NCBI GenBank assembly: GCA_964416545.1
Contig: CAYQEN010000003.1
Location: forward strand, 19,166-83,165
Reading direction: 5' to 3'
Length of the DNA: 64,000 bases
Source of the DNA: an uncultured Bacteroides sp.
GTDB lineage: Bacteria > Bacteroidota > Bacteroidia > Bacteroidales > Muribaculaceae
This document shows positions 36,541 through 47,586 of the stretch, piece after piece. Both the position numbers and the translations under genes were made by a program. Position 1 is the stretch's first letter; each line of letters opens with the position of its first letter. The notes beneath the pieces are model-generated. The model made no database searches. It was not told the DNA's origin and saw only the letters and a list, made by a program, of their open reading frames with translations.

Positions 36541-38209
36541 CGGTTATACCCGGGTTCGACTCATGCTCTTCGTCCGGGAACGCAATAAAATGGACATAGC
36601 TTATACCATCGGTCGTCGCGTGGCGCAATGGCAATTTCACGCGCTTCTTTTTCGAACCGTCTACTTTGACCACAGCTGCAGTGTTTCCACCGCGCTCCAC
36701 GTCCCATTCTACCTCCACGCTATGCCATTTGTCATCCTTTATGCCAAGAGCACTGCGAGAGAGATCGAGGGCATACATACACTCATAGGTTGCCACACTG
36801 TCCGATGGATTAAACCAACGGTCGTTCAACACCATCTTCACTCCGCGACTACCCTGCGGTATTTTCACCGACGATGTTATCGCGCCTCTTTTCATTGCCG
36901 GAAAGTTCCACACCGCACCACGCAAATCCGACACGAGTGTATCGGCCGGCTCATAGCGCACGTTCATCACCTGACGTCCCGGCTTCTCGGGATGCGCGGT
37001 CAGCGTCACGCCGTTTATTCGATTATATGAGCAGTGACCTTTGATGCCTTTGATATAGTTAAACGTCGACCACGACGAGAGCGAATCTGAGAAGTCTGTG
37101 CAACGCGAAGTTTCGTAAAGCCAATCCACATCAAACATCACCACGGCTCGATGATTGCGATGCTGACCGATTGCGGCCAATATTTTGCCGGAATCCACTT
37201 CCACAAATTGTGCCTGGTGCATTCCGCGGTCTATTCCGCGTCCGTACGTTGCATAATTGCTGTCATTACGTCGCGGATTGAGACGTAGCTCGCGAAATCC
37301 GCGCCACGTTTTGCCGTCATCCTCCGATATGGCCACATGTGTCACATCGCGATTCGTAAACACATCGTCCCACACTCCGTTGGCCGATGCCAGTTCGGGG
37401 AGCGGTGTGGTATTACACCAGAAAAATATCAATCGTCCATCCGACAATCGACCGATGGTGGGCATCGTTATTGTTCCGTAGAAGCGCGACGGCTCTGGCT
37501 TACTCCATGTCTTACCGCCGTCCTCTGAATATGCTTGGTAATGCACATCCTGAGGTGTGCGCATCAGCATCCAGAGTCGGCCATCACGTAGCTCGACAAC
37601 TGTCGGCTCTACCGCTCCATGATTCCAGCGAATACCTTTGTGATGTCCGCCGCCACGATGCTCCGGTGTGATTACCGTGTTCGAGCGTTGCCATGTCAGT
37701 CCGTCGTCGTCCGATACGTAGGTATAGCATCCCTTCGGACTCACACCTCCATGTGCTGCCACAACCACGCGATTTCCTCCGTCTACAAATACCGGCGGCT
37801 TGAGCATTATCGAACCGATGTCCGACACTTTCGTTACCGTGCGACCGCCTTCCGTGCCGCCATTCGTGCGAATGCAATACACTCCCTTTCCACCCATATT
37901 CACGAGACGTAGATATTCTCCACTCTTCGGACTGCGCGTGTCTGCCTCTGGCATATCTTTGGCATATTTCACGTTTTTCCATGTCAGCCCTTTGTCGCGG
38001 CTTGATATGTAAAACACTCCCGGCTCAGCCTGCTCGCCATAGTTGTAATGGCGGATTTCGCCGTCGGGCATCACTGAGAGTCCTATGTAACTATCCGATG
38101 GCTGTACGGCCACTTTTACAGGAGCAAATACTGAGTCGAGCGATGCAGGTACCTGCGCGTTGCACCATAAGCCGGCAGCTGCGGCTAAACAGAGTGGAAG
38201 TTTTTTCAT
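36509..38209 (-). CDS. secreted BNR/Asp-box repeat protein (sialidase-superfamily beta-propeller) with a C-terminal lectin-like domain
   Basis: Signal peptide, and Asp-boxes SRDKGLTW, SDDDGLTW, SEDGGKTW and SEDDGKTW. No clear FRIP motif is seen, so a true sialidase activity is not asserted. Confidence 0.7.
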   Translation of the reverse strand: MKKLPLCLAAAAGLWCNAQVPASLDSVFAPVKVAVQPSDSYIGLSVMPDGEIRHYNYGEQAEPGVFYISSRDKGLTWKNVKYAKDMPEADTRSPKSGEYLRLVNMGGKGVYCIRTNGGTEGGRTVTKVSDIGSIMLKPPVFVDGGNRVVVAAHGGVSPKGCYTYVSDDDGLTWQRSNTVITPEHRGGGHHKGIRWNHGAVEPTVVELRDGRLWMLMRTPQDVHYQAYSEDGGKTWSKPEPSRFYGTITMPTIGRLSDGRLIFFWCNTTPLPELASANGVWDDVFTNRDVTHVAISEDDGKTWRGFRELRLNPRRNDSNYATYGRGIDRGMHQAQFVEVDSGKILAAIGQHRNHRAVVMFDVDWLYETSRCTDFSDSLSSWSTFNYIKGIKGHCSYNRINGVTLTAHPEKPGRQVMNVRYEPADTLVSDLRGAVWNFPAMKRGAITSSVKIPQGSRGVKMVLNDRWFNPSDSVATYECMYALDLSRSALGIKDDKWHSVEVEWDVERGGNTAAVVKVDGSKKKRVKLPLRHATTDGISYVHFIAFPDEEHESNPGITVESVYARERD

Positions 38210-38225
38210 TGCCTCTTATATGGGT

Positions 38226-39359
38226 TTAGCGGTTTTTATACATTTCGTCATAATACTTCTCGTAGTCGCCGGAGGTGATATTGTCCATCCACTCCTGATT
38301 GTCGAGATACCAGCGCACGGTCTTTTCTATGCCCTCTTCAAATTGGAGAGAAGGTTCCCAACCGAGTTCCCGCTGGAGCTTGCGCGAATCGATGGCATAG
38401 CGCATGTCATGACCGAGGCGGTCGGTCACGTATGTGATAAGACGTTCCGACTCCCCTTCCTGCTTTCCGAGCAGGCGGTCTACGGTCTTTATGATTACCT
38501 TTATCAGGTCTATATTTTTCCACTCATTGAAGCCACCGATGTTATACGTTTCGGCCACTTTTCCCTTGTGGAATATCAGGTCGATGGCGCGGGCATGGTC
38601 TTCCACGAAGAGCCAGTCGCGCACATTCTCTCCCTTGCCATACACTGGTAATGGCTTCCCCTGACGAATATTGTTTATGAATAGCGGTATCAACTTTTCT
38701 GGAAATTGATACGGGCCATAATTGTTCGAGCAGTTGGTCACAAGTGTCGGCATTCCGTATGTATCATGATAGGCTCGCACGAAATGGTCGCTCGATGCCT
38801 TCGAAGCCGAGTATGGTGAGTGGGGATTATATTTTGTCGTTTCGAGGAAAAATTCCGTACCGTATGCCTCATGTCCCCCTGCCGATGCTATGGTGGTAAA
38901 CGGCGCTTCCACTCCTTCGGGATGCGTCAGTTCAAGTGCGCCATACACTTCGTCGGTCGAAATATGGTAGAAGAGTTTTCCTTCGTATTTCTCTGGAAGA
39001 GATTCCCAGTATTCTTTGGCTGCTTGGAGAAGCGACAATGTTCCCATCACGTTGGTACGGGCAAACGTAAACGGGTCTTTTATCGAGCGGTCTACGTGGC
39101 TCTCGGCGGCAAGGTGGATGATGCCGTCGATTTCATATTCTTTGATGATGCGACGCATTTCGTCAAGATCGGCAATATCGGCTCGCTCAAATATGTAGTT
39201 CGGCTCCCCCTCCACATCTTTCAGATTGGCGAGATTGCCGGCATAAGTCAGCTTGTCGAGGTTGACGATTCTATATTCCGGATATTTGTTGACAAATAGG
39301 CGCACCACATGGTTGCCGATAAATCCGGCTCCGCCGGTGATGAGTATATTGCGTTTCAT
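38226..39359 (-). CDS. rfbB: dTDP-glucose 4,6-dehydratase
   Basis: ILITGGAGFIGNH, YSASKASSDH, PYQFPEKLIP. Confidence 0.95.
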   Translation of the reverse strand: MKRNILITGGAGFIGNHVVRLFVNKYPEYRIVNLDKLTYAGNLANLKDVEGEPNYIFERADIADLDEMRRIIKEYEIDGIIHLAAESHVDRSIKDPFTFARTNVMGTLSLLQAAKEYWESLPEKYEGKLFYHISTDEVYGALELTHPEGVEAPFTTIASAGGHEAYGTEFFLETTKYNPHSPYSASKASSDHFVRAYHDTYGMPTLVTNCSNNYGPYQFPEKLIPLFINNIRQGKPLPVYGKGENVRDWLFVEDHARAIDLIFHKGKVAETYNIGGFNEWKNIDLIKVIIKTVDRLLGKQEGESERLITYVTDRLGHDMRYAIDSRKLQRELGWEPSLQFEEGIEKTVRWYLDNQEWMDNITSGDYEKYYDEMYKNR

Positions 39360-39367
39360 TGCGATTC

Positions 39368-40228
39368 TTATTTGAGATTCTTGATGCAGGTTTTAAGCGA
39401 GTCTGTCCAATATGGCACACGCAGCCCGAATGTCGTTTTGAATTTTGTCTTATCGAGCACCGAGTACGACGGTCGTACCACCGGCGATGGGAATTCGCAG
39501 GAGTGACACGGCTGAACGTCGCAATCATTATTGCCGGCTATTTCAGCTATCATCTTTGTAAAGTCAAACCAGGAGCATACACCCTCATTCGAATAGTGAT
39601 AGATTCCTTCGTTTCCCTCGTATTTACGATTGTCTACGATTGCGAATATTACATCGGCAAGGTCTTGGGCATAAGTCGGTGTGCCTACTTGGTCAAACAC
39701 TACTTTGAGTTCCGGTTTTGTCGATGTCAGGTTGAGCATCGTCTTTACGAAATTTTTACCATACTCTGAATATAGCCATGCCGTGCGGAATATCAGATAC
39801 TTACAGCCACTCATCTCTATGGCCTGCTCTCCGTGTAGCTTAGTCATACCATATACGCCGGTAGGGTTAACAGGCTCTTTTTCAGTGCGAGGCGTATTAC
39901 CCATCGAACCGCCAAACACATAGTCGGTCGAGATATGTATCAATGTGCCGTTGGTGGCTTTTATCGCCTGAGCCAAGTTGTCGACAGCTATGGCATTAAG
40001 GATTTCGGCAAAAGCCACATCACTCTCAGCCTTGTCTACGTTTGTATAGGCGGCGCAGTTGATTATTACATCTATCTTATTATCTTTCACCGCATTAGTC
40101 ACAGCCGTAGCATCTGTTATATCAAGCTCTGCTACGTCGGTGAAAATATATTTATCGTGGGAGTTTTTTGCGGCGTTTCTCATGCAACTGCCGAGCTGAC
40201 CGTTTGCTCCCGTTACGAGTACATTCAT
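39368..40228 (-). CDS. rfbD: dTDP-4-dehydrorhamnose reductase
   Basis: VLVTGANGQLG..., INCAAYTNVDKAE, STDYVF, about 286 aa. Confidence 0.92.
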   Translation of the reverse strand: MNVLVTGANGQLGSCMRNAAKNSHDKYIFTDVAELDITDATAVTNAVKDNKIDVIINCAAYTNVDKAESDVAFAEILNAIAVDNLAQAIKATNGTLIHISTDYVFGGSMGNTPRTEKEPVNPTGVYGMTKLHGEQAIEMSGCKYLIFRTAWLYSEYGKNFVKTMLNLTSTKPELKVVFDQVGTPTYAQDLADVIFAIVDNRKYEGNEGIYHYSNEGVCSWFDFTKMIAEIAGNNDCDVQPCHSCEFPSPVVRPSYSVLDKTKFKTTFGLRVPYWTDSLKTCIKNLK

Positions 40229-40809
40229 TCTGCGTATAAGTCTATATTGAAATCGAATGGCGAATCGAAATCTCGAAGCAACACGTGCTTAAGGTCTTTC
40301 TCTGAGAGTATGGCGCTTGCCGGCTCTACCTGCCAGTCTATGCCAAGCGACTCGTCGGCTATCGAAATTCCACCCTCCGCCTCCGGGTGATAATAGTTGT
40401 CACACTTATATTGAAACACTGCCTCTTCGCTCAATACGGCAAATCCGTGAGCAAATCCGCGAGGAACAAAAAATTGACGATGGTTCTCTTCTGATAGCTC
40501 CACGGCTACGTGCTTGCCATACGTCGGCGACCCTTTTCGGATGTCTACCGCCACATCGAGCACGCGACCTTTTACGCAGCGAACGAGCTTCGACTGCGTG
40601 TATGGCGGACACTGAAAATGCAACCCGCGCATCACTCCGCGTGTCGACATCGATTCGTTGTCCTGAACGAAGTCTACCCGACGTACTTTTTCGTCAAATT
40701 CTCGCTTGGAATAGCTCTCAAAAAAGTACCCTCTGGCATCTTTGAATATTCGCGGCTCTATTATCACCACGCCTTCGATTTCGGTCTTGATTACTTCCAT
40801 TTCAGTCAA
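40225..40809 (-). CDS. rfbC: dTDP-4-dehydrorhamnose 3,5-epimerase
   Basis: [44 protein letters not shown]. Confidence 0.95.
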   Translation of the reverse strand: MTEMEVIKTEIEGVVIIEPRIFKDARGYFFESYSKREFDEKVRRVDFVQDNESMSTRGVMRGLHFQCPPYTQSKLVRCVKGRVLDVAVDIRKGSPTYGKHVAVELSEENHRQFFVPRGFAHGFAVLSEEAVFQYKCDNYYHPEAEGGISIADESLGIDWQVEPASAILSEKDLKHVLLRDFDSPFDFNIDLYAE

Positions 40810-41707
40810 GATTTTTGTATCCCGTGCGGTCTACTTCGTCCACCACTTTCATCAGATAGCGGCCATACTGATTTTTAAGCATTGGCTGTGCCAGCTCTAT
40901 CATTTTCTCTTTTGTTATCCACCCCTGACGATAGGCGATACCCTCCAGGCAGGCTATTTTCAGCCCCTGACGTTTTTCGAGCACTTCGACATATATCGAT
41001 GCCTCGGCAAGCGAATCATGTGTACCGGTATCGAGCCATGCAAAACCTCGCGGCAACGTCTGCACTCGCAGTTCGCCATCGCTAAGAAATGCTTGATTGA
41101 CCGTCGTGATTTCAAGCTCGCCACGTGCCGACGGCTTGATTGAGGCGGCCACATCCACTACCTTGTTGGGATAAAAATAAAGTCCCACCACCGCATAGTT
41201 CGACTTCGGATGCTCGGGTTTTTCTTCTATGGATAGGCAGTTGCCTTCGTGGTCGAATTCAGCCACACCGTATCGTTCCGGATCGTCCACCCAGTAGCCG
41301 AATACGGTAGCTTTTCCATCGCGCTCGGCTGCTTCAACCGACGTTTTCAAAACCTTTGAAAATCCCGCGCCATGGAATATATTATCGCCAAGCACAAGAC
41401 ATGCCGCATCATCTCCGATAAACTCCCGGCCGATTATAAACGCCTGTGCAAGTCCGTCGGGCGATGGTTGCTCTGCATAGCTCAATCGCACTCCGAAGTC
41501 TGAACCATCGCCCAGCAATCGCTGAAACGAGGGCAAATCGGCAGGCGTCGAAATTAGCAATATATCGCGTATGCCCGCAAGCATCAGTGTCGACAGTGGA
41601 TAATACACCATCGGTTTATCATAGATTGGAAGCAACTGCTTCGACACGCCTTTCGTTATTGGATACAGGCGCGTTCCGCTTCCGCCGGCAAGAACTATTC
41701 CTTTCAT
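40802..41707 (-). CDS. rfbA: glucose-1-phosphate thymidylyltransferase
   Basis: [18 protein letters not shown]...[26 protein letters not shown]. Confidence 0.95.
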   Translation of the reverse strand: MKGIVLAGGSGTRLYPITKGVSKQLLPIYDKPMVYYPLSTLMLAGIRDILLISTPADLPSFQRLLGDGSDFGVRLSYAEQPSPDGLAQAFIIGREFIGDDAACLVLGDNIFHGAGFSKVLKTSVEAAERDGKATVFGYWVDDPERYGVAEFDHEGNCLSIEEKPEHPKSNYAVVGLYFYPNKVVDVAASIKPSARGELEITTVNQAFLSDGELRVQTLPRGFAWLDTGTHDSLAEASIYVEVLEKRQGLKIACLEGIAYRQGWITKEKMIELAQPMLKNQYGRYLMKVVDEVDRTGYKNLD

Positions 41708-41725
41708 AGAGTCGATTTATTATCG

Positions 41726-41733
41726 CAAATATA
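41726..41733 (-). promoter_or_regulatory. candidate -7 box (TATATTTG) for the rfbACDB operon
   Basis: A perfect TAnnTTTG lies about 19 nt upstream of the rfbA ATG. Confidence 0.45.
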
Positions 41734-41785
41734 GTGAAAGTAGGACGCAAAGCCAAGATAGCCCCGACTTTTTAAGTGCCCCGAT

Positions 41786-43603
41786 CTATTCTGTCGTTTC
41801 ATGCAGCGCATTATAGACTATCGATGCTTTCGACGCGCCTACCACAGCGGCCAAGTCGTCGATGTTTGCCTCTTGAACACGCTTGAAGCTCTTGAATTTC
41901 GTCAGTAGTGCATCGCGACTTTTTGCTCCGATTCCTTTTATTCCATCGAGAGCCGAAACTGCCTGCCCTTTGCTACGACGATTCCTATGATGCGTTATGC
42001 CGAAGCGGTGTGCCTCGTCGCGCAGATGCTGCACCACGCGAAGTGTCTCGCTGTTTTTGTCTATATAGAGTGGCACGCTGTCGCCCGGAAAATATATTTC
42101 TTCAAGTCGCTTGGCGATTCCGACCACGGCTATCGTTCCGCGCAGCCCCATTTCGTCTAAGGCTTCCACAGCTGCACTTAGCTGTCCTTTTCCACCGTCT
42201 ACCACAATAAGCTGTGGCAATCCCTCTCCTTCTTCTACCAATCGCGTGTAGCGGCGCGTCAGCACCTCTTTCATCGATGCAAAGTCATCGGGGCCGACAA
42301 CGGTTTTTATATTAAAATGGCGATAGTCTTTTTTCGATGGCTTTCCATTGCGAAATACCACACACGAAGCCACAGGATTTGTTCCTTGAATATTCGAGTT
42401 GTCGAAACACTCTATATGCTTCGGAAGTTCCGACAGTCGGAAGTCGCTCTGCATTCGTTCAAGCAATCGTTGTGTGCGTTGCTCGGGATCGCGCTTTTCG
42501 AGATGCTTCAGCATATCCACTTTGCTCTGGTGCGCATTCCGCTGCGATATGCTGAGCAGAGTCGCTCTGTCTCCGCGTTGCGGTATGGTAAATGTCACGC
42601 CTGGCATTTCCACTTCCGGAAGCTCAGCCACTACCACTTCGCGATATTTCACATCGAGAGTACGGGCAATTTCGTCCATTGCATAGCTCAGCAATTCGGC
42701 CTGCGTTTCCTCCATACTGCGACGATATTCGAGAGTCACACTGCTCACCACTACTCCGTGGCGCACGTGCATATAATTGATGAATACCTCACGACCGCCA
42801 TCGTCATATAGACCGAACACATCCAATTCTTCGATGCTGTGGCTCACTATCGCGCTCTTCGATGAATAACGCTCTACCATCACATACTTTTCCTTAACCT
42901 CCTGCGCTTTCTCAAATCGCAGCTCAGAGGCATACATTTCCATCTCGCTACGTAGATGCGCCAACAGCTCACTTGTGTCGCCTCGCAATATCTGCTTCAC
43001 TCGTTCTATCTGCTGCCCATATTCTTCTTCGCTGACATATCCTACGCACGGTGCTGCACAACGTTTCAGATGGTAGTCGAGGCAAATTCTCCCCCTTCCC
43101 CCGGCAATATACTCCGGAGTTATCGCCATTCGGCATGAGCGTAGCTGGTATAAATTGCGTATCAGTTCGAGCACCACACGCGCTGTGCAGGTATCTGTAT
43201 AAGGGCCATAATACTTTGAGCCGTCTTTTATCTTCTGGCGTGTCAAAAACACTCTCGGGAAATGCTCTTTAGTCACCACTATCCACGGATATGATTTATC
43301 GTCTTTGAGCAGTACGTTGTAGCGTGGCTGATACTCTTTGATTAGCGAATTTTCAAGATTCAGCGCATCAGCCTCTGTGGGCACTACGATATATTTCATG
43401 TCCGCAATGGCGCGCACAAGAAGATTTGTTCTTACCGATTCGTGTTCGCGATTGAAATACGATGATACGCGACGCTTCAGATTCTTCGCCTTTCCAACGT
43501 ATATCACTGTCCCTTCAGAATTGAAATACATATACACTCCGGGAGTCGATGGTAGTATGGCTATTTTCTCCTCAAGCTCGGCCGACTTTCTGTGTCTGGG
43601 CAT
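41786..43603 (-). CDS. uvrC: excinuclease ABC subunit C
   Basis: GIY-YIG (PGVYMYF...VIYVGKAKNLKRRV), a UvrBC domain and a C-terminal (HhH)2. I chose the ATG at 43603 because the longer ORF runs through the apt terminator hairpin. Confidence 0.95.
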   Translation of the reverse strand: MPRHRKSAELEEKIAILPSTPGVYMYFNSEGTVIYVGKAKNLKRRVSSYFNREHESVRTNLLVRAIADMKYIVVPTEADALNLENSLIKEYQPRYNVLLKDDKSYPWIVVTKEHFPRVFLTRQKIKDGSKYYGPYTDTCTARVVLELIRNLYQLRSCRMAITPEYIAGGRGRICLDYHLKRCAAPCVGYVSEEEYGQQIERVKQILRGDTSELLAHLRSEMEMYASELRFEKAQEVKEKYVMVERYSSKSAIVSHSIEELDVFGLYDDGGREVFINYMHVRHGVVVSSVTLEYRRSMEETQAELLSYAMDEIARTLDVKYREVVVAELPEVEMPGVTFTIPQRGDRATLLSISQRNAHQSKVDMLKHLEKRDPEQRTQRLLERMQSDFRLSELPKHIECFDNSNIQGTNPVASCVVFRNGKPSKKDYRHFNIKTVVGPDDFASMKEVLTRRYTRLVEEGEGLPQLIVVDGGKGQLSAAVEALDEMGLRGTIAVVGIAKRLEEIYFPGDSVPLYIDKNSETLRVVQHLRDEAHRFGITHHRNRRSKGQAVSALDGIKGIGAKSRDALLTKFKSFKRVQEANIDDLAAVVGASKASIVYNALHETTE

Positions 43604-43637
43604 ATAGTTTTTTGTAGTATGGTGACGGCTGTAAAAC

Positions 43638-43676
43638 AAAAAAACCGGCATCCCGGCTTACAAACCGGAGTGCCGG
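43638..43676 (-). terminator. rho-independent terminator downstream of apt
   Basis: The minus strand has hairpin ccggcactccgg...ccgggatgccgg (6 + 4 bp with an internal mismatch) followed by T7. Confidence 0.65.
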
Positions 43677-43724
43677 AAAATATAAATTTCTCCCCTCCCC
43701 TCAGGCAGGGCGATTATACGAATA

Positions 43725-44243
43725 TCAATAAGTGATAAGCGATGTTACTTCTGCTTCTTTAGGCAGATTTTCGCGTCCGCCGAGCACACTGATTTCGATA
43801 AGGAAGTTTACATAAATCTTTTTCGGATTCATCTTCTTCACCAATTCGTAGCAGGCAGCCATTGTTCCTCCGGTAGCAAGCACGTCATCATGAATCACTA
43901 CAATATCGTCAGAGGTGATGGCGTCGCTATGAATTTCGATTGTATCCACACCATACTCTTTCTTGTATGATGCGCTCACGGTTTCTGCGGGAAGTTTACC
44001 CGGTTTGCGTGCAGGCACAAATCCGGCGCCGAGTTCAAAGGCCAATATCGAACCTCCGACAAATCCACGCGATTCGATACCTACCACTTTTGTCACGCCC
44101 TTGTCTCGATAAAGTTGTGAGAGTTCGAAACCCACGCTGTGAAGTGCGCGAGGATCTTTGAAGACAGTTGTGATATCCTTAAACACGACTCCCTTTTGAG
44201 GAAAATCCACAATGTCGCGAACTTTTGATTTGATGTATTCCAT
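43725..44243 (-). CDS. apt: adenine phosphoribosyltransferase
   Basis: DFPQKGVVFKDIT, and the PRPP motif VVIHDDVLATGGT. Confidence 0.95.
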   Translation of the reverse strand: MEYIKSKVRDIVDFPQKGVVFKDITTVFKDPRALHSVGFELSQLYRDKGVTKVVGIESRGFVGGSILAFELGAGFVPARKPGKLPAETVSASYKKEYGVDTIEIHSDAITSDDIVVIHDDVLATGGTMAACYELVKKMNPKKIYVNFLIEISVLGGRENLPKEAEVTSLITY

Positions 44244-44305
44244 TTAATAAAGTTTTGATTAGTCAAATGTTACTCGTGTTCCACGTGGAACATCGCTTTG
44301 TATTT

Positions 44306-46186
44306 TCATCGCCCCATCAGCAGGAGCAGTATGTTTATATCGGCTGGCGATATGCCGGGTATGCGCGATGCTTGGGCTATCGTTTCCGGCTGTATCTTGT
44401 TTAATTTCTGACGTGCTTCCGTTGAGAGCGATTTGATGCTGTCGTAGTCAAATTTACCGGCTATTTTCACATCTTCGAGGCGATGTATCTTTTCGGCTAT
44501 CTGACGCTCGCGGTCTATATATCCACGATATTTTATCAATATCTCAGCTGCCTCAAGTATTTCTTCTCTACGCTCTGCTTCCACATTCTCGGCTATCATT
44601 TCTCCAAAGGCGGGTATATGTTCGCTGAGCATTGCTATTGTGAGCTGCGGACGAAGTATAAGATCGTGCAGGCGTAGCGACTGACGGATTGGCGACGTAC
44701 CCACCGATTCAAGATACTCGTTTATCGCATCGGGCTTCACCGAATATGTCGATGCAAATTCTATTATCATATCGCGCTGACGTCGTTTCTCTTCCATTGC
44801 TTGGAATCGTTCGTCGCTCACAAGACCTATTTCGTATCCCTTCGGCGTAAGGCGCATATCGGCATCATCCTGACGCAGCAATATGCGGTATTCCGCACGC
44901 GACGTAAACATTCTGTACGGCTCGTCAACACCCTTTGTCACGAGGTCGTCTATCAGCACTCCGATATACGCCTCATCGCGACCAAGCACAAACGCCTCTT
45001 CGCCTTTCACATACCGATGGGCATTGATTCCGGCTACGAGCCCCTGCCCTGCTGCCTCTTCATAGCCGGTGGTTCCATTCACCTGTCCGGCAAAAAAGAG
45101 TCCGCTCACCATCTTTGTTTCGAGCGAATGCTTCAACTGTGTCGGGTCGAAAAAGTCGTATTCTATGGCATAACCGGGACGGTAGATTTTCACATCTGAA
45201 AACGCAGGAATAGTCATCAACGCCTCCACCTGTGTCATGAGCGGCAATGACGAAGAGAAGCCGTTAAGATAAAATTCGCATGTCGTTTCGCCCTCCGGTT
45301 CGAGGAACAGCTGATGGCTATCCTTATCAGAGAATGTCACGATTTTAGTTTCAATACTCGGACAGTAGCGAGGGCCTATGCTCTGAATCTGCCCGTTGTA
45401 GAGTGGCGATTCGGGAAGCGCATCGCTGAGTATTTCGTGTGTACGCTTATTCGTATGCAGTATGTAGCACGGACGCTGACGCAGTTCGCGACCCACCGAC
45501 GGCAGATAGCTGAATTTATGAAAGTCTGTTTCGCCTTCCTGCTCTTCTGTAAGCTCGAATTTCACCGAATGCCCGTCTATTCTCACAGGTGTTCCGGTTT
45601 TCATTCTATCGGTAGCAAATCCGAGGTCGCGGAGTTGCTCCGTAACGCCGTGAGCAGCAGGTTCGGCTACTCGACCACCCTCGATTTGCACTCGCCCGAT
45701 GTGCATCAATCCATTCAAAAATGTTCCGGCTGTCAGCACCACGGCTTTGGCCTTAAATTCCACTCCGAGTGCCGTGCGCACACCTTTGATTTCGCCATCT
45801 TCTATAATCAGCGATATCACCGAATCCTGCCACATCGACAGATTTTCGGTACTTTCCAACGTTTCGCGCCAGATTTGTGAGAATTTCATGCGGTCACTCT
45901 GTGCGCGTGGACTCCACATCGCAGGGCCTTTCGAGCGATTTAGCATTCTGAATTGAATTGCCGAGCGGTCGGTCACGATTCCCATCTGACCTCCCAATGC
46001 GTCGATTTCACGCACTATCTGCCCCTTTGCGATACCTCCAACGGCAGGATTACAGCTCATCTGAGCTATCTTGTTCATATCGATGGTTATGAGCAGTGTT
46101 TGCGAGCCGAGATTGGCAGCCGCAGCGGCAGCTTCGCAGCCGGCATGGCCGGCTCCGACAATTATCACGTCGTAGTCAAATGTCAT
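44306..46186 (-). CDS. mnmG: tRNA uridine 5-carboxymethylaminomethyl modification enzyme MnmG
   Basis: YDVIIVGAGHAGCEAA, MSCNPAVGGIAKG, GPRYCPSIE, about 625 aa. Confidence 0.97.
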   Translation of the reverse strand: MTFDYDVIIVGAGHAGCEAAAAAANLGSQTLLITIDMNKIAQMSCNPAVGGIAKGQIVREIDALGGQMGIVTDRSAIQFRMLNRSKGPAMWSPRAQSDRMKFSQIWRETLESTENLSMWQDSVISLIIEDGEIKGVRTALGVEFKAKAVVLTAGTFLNGLMHIGRVQIEGGRVAEPAAHGVTEQLRDLGFATDRMKTGTPVRIDGHSVKFELTEEQEGETDFHKFSYLPSVGRELRQRPCYILHTNKRTHEILSDALPESPLYNGQIQSIGPRYCPSIETKIVTFSDKDSHQLFLEPEGETTCEFYLNGFSSSLPLMTQVEALMTIPAFSDVKIYRPGYAIEYDFFDPTQLKHSLETKMVSGLFFAGQVNGTTGYEEAAGQGLVAGINAHRYVKGEEAFVLGRDEAYIGVLIDDLVTKGVDEPYRMFTSRAEYRILLRQDDADMRLTPKGYEIGLVSDERFQAMEEKRRQRDMIIEFASTYSVKPDAINEYLESVGTSPIRQSLRLHDLILRPQLTIAMLSEHIPAFGEMIAENVEAERREEILEAAEILIKYRGYIDRERQIAEKIHRLEDVKIAGKFDYDSIKSLSTEARQKLNKIQPETIAQASRIPGISPADINILLLLMGR

Positions 46187-46191
46187 TTTCT

Positions 46192-46617
46192 TTATAATAT
46201 ATCGAGAGCACGATTTTCGTGCTGTTCCATAATCTCACGCTCGCCCGGACCCTTATCGTTGATGCCACACAGATGCAGCAGCCCGTGCGCTATCACGCGA
46301 TACAATTCTCGCTCATAAGGCGCGCCAAACAATTCGGCATTACTTTTCACCGTGTCGAGCGATATATAAATATCTCCGCTCACCACATTGCCGCGCGCAT
46401 AGTCAAACGTTATTATATCCGTGAAATAGTCATGGTCGATAAACTGACGATTCACCTCAAGTATCTTCGGATCGTCACAGAATATATAATTGAGTCGTCC
46501 GAGAGTATAACCAAGTTCATCGGCCACTCGTTCAAGCCATGCTCCGGTTTTACTCTTGTCGATTTCCGGCATCACGGCCGGCTCTTCACAAAACCACTCA
46601 ATTTTCTTCTTTATCAT
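46192..46617 (-). CDS. ybeY: rRNA maturation RNase YbeY
   Basis: The zinc motif HGLLHLCGINDK. About 140 aa. Confidence 0.9.
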   Translation of the reverse strand: MIKKKIEWFCEEPAVMPEIDKSKTGAWLERVADELGYTLGRLNYIFCDDPKILEVNRQFIDHDYFTDIITFDYARGNVVSGDIYISLDTVKSNAELFGAPYERELYRVIAHGLLHLCGINDKGPGEREIMEQHENRALDIL

Positions 46618-46793
46618 AACACTACAAAAATAGTAATTCTTTTAATTTCACACAAACGCTTCTGTTTCACCGAAATAGCAAAATCAACCACAAACAACTA
46701 ACCACTTATTAATCAGTGCAATAGCTGAATTTTAACGCGCTGAGATTTCAAAATTTCATTTCTATCCGTGAATCCCTACGGATTTTCTCACTC

Positions 46794-47528
46794 TCAACGG
46801 CGTCCGCGGAGCCAACCGTAATATGTCACAAAATACAATCTCGGCAAAAAGCGCAATCTATCAAGCAGCGAGTCATGCTGATTAACTATACGGATGTTTT
46901 CGCGAAGCACTTTCATTCGGTTACACGACGACACTCCCGTGCAGTCATATATCACCCACGGTTCTGCTACGTGCTTAAAACGATAGCCGGCAAGAAACGC
47001 CTGCTTGAAAAAAAGATAGTCTCCGGCAAGACGGATATCGAGCGGACATGGAAAACGCTCAAGCACCTCTCGCTTCACATATGCACTCTGATGACAGAAA
47101 TACATCCTGTGGCGATTCGCCGGTTCGAGAGCTACCTTGAGCTGATACTCCCCTCCCCTATCGAGATATTGGTCGCCGTACACGATATCGGCATCAGCGG
47201 TAGCCACAGCCTTTGCCACACGGCTCAGCGTGTCCGAACCGGCAAACGTATCACCGGCATTCATAAACACTATCCATCGTCCCGACGAGAGGCGCACCCC
47301 CTTGTTCATTGCGTCGAATATTCCGCGGTCACGTTCCGACACCATTACATCGACACGTCCGCCATACTCCTTCACCTTATCCGGAGTACCGTCCGTCGAA
47401 CCGCCGTCTACCACTACAAATTCAAAATCATCGAAATCCTGCTCGGCCACACTCGCAAGTGTCTTACCCATCATTTCGCGACAGTTGAAGCAGACGGTTA
47501 TTACTGATATAAGAGGTTGCTTTTCCAT
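46794..47528 (-). CDS. glycosyltransferase family 2
   Basis: ISVITVCFNC...VVVDGGSTDGT...FMNAGD. Confidence 0.8.
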   Translation of the reverse strand: MEKQPLISVITVCFNCREMMGKTLASVAEQDFDDFEFVVVDGGSTDGTPDKVKEYGGRVDVMVSERDRGIFDAMNKGVRLSSGRWIVFMNAGDTFAGSDTLSRVAKAVATADADIVYGDQYLDRGGEYQLKVALEPANRHRMYFCHQSAYVKREVLERFPCPLDIRLAGDYLFFKQAFLAGYRFKHVAEPWVIYDCTGVSSCNRMKVLRENIRIVNQHDSLLDRLRFLPRLYFVTYYGWLRGRR

Positions 47529-47586
47529 AACGGATACAAATATATCTACAAATTCAGAGATTCACCCAAATATTCGCTATATTTGT

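Noticed and set aside
46740-46793. The hairpin atccgtgaatccctacggat between the GT2 gene and ybeY as a terminator.
   Set aside because: It has a 6-bp stem only. On the transcribed (minus) strand it is not followed by a T-run, while the T-run is on the plus strand, where no gene ends. This is too weak to call.
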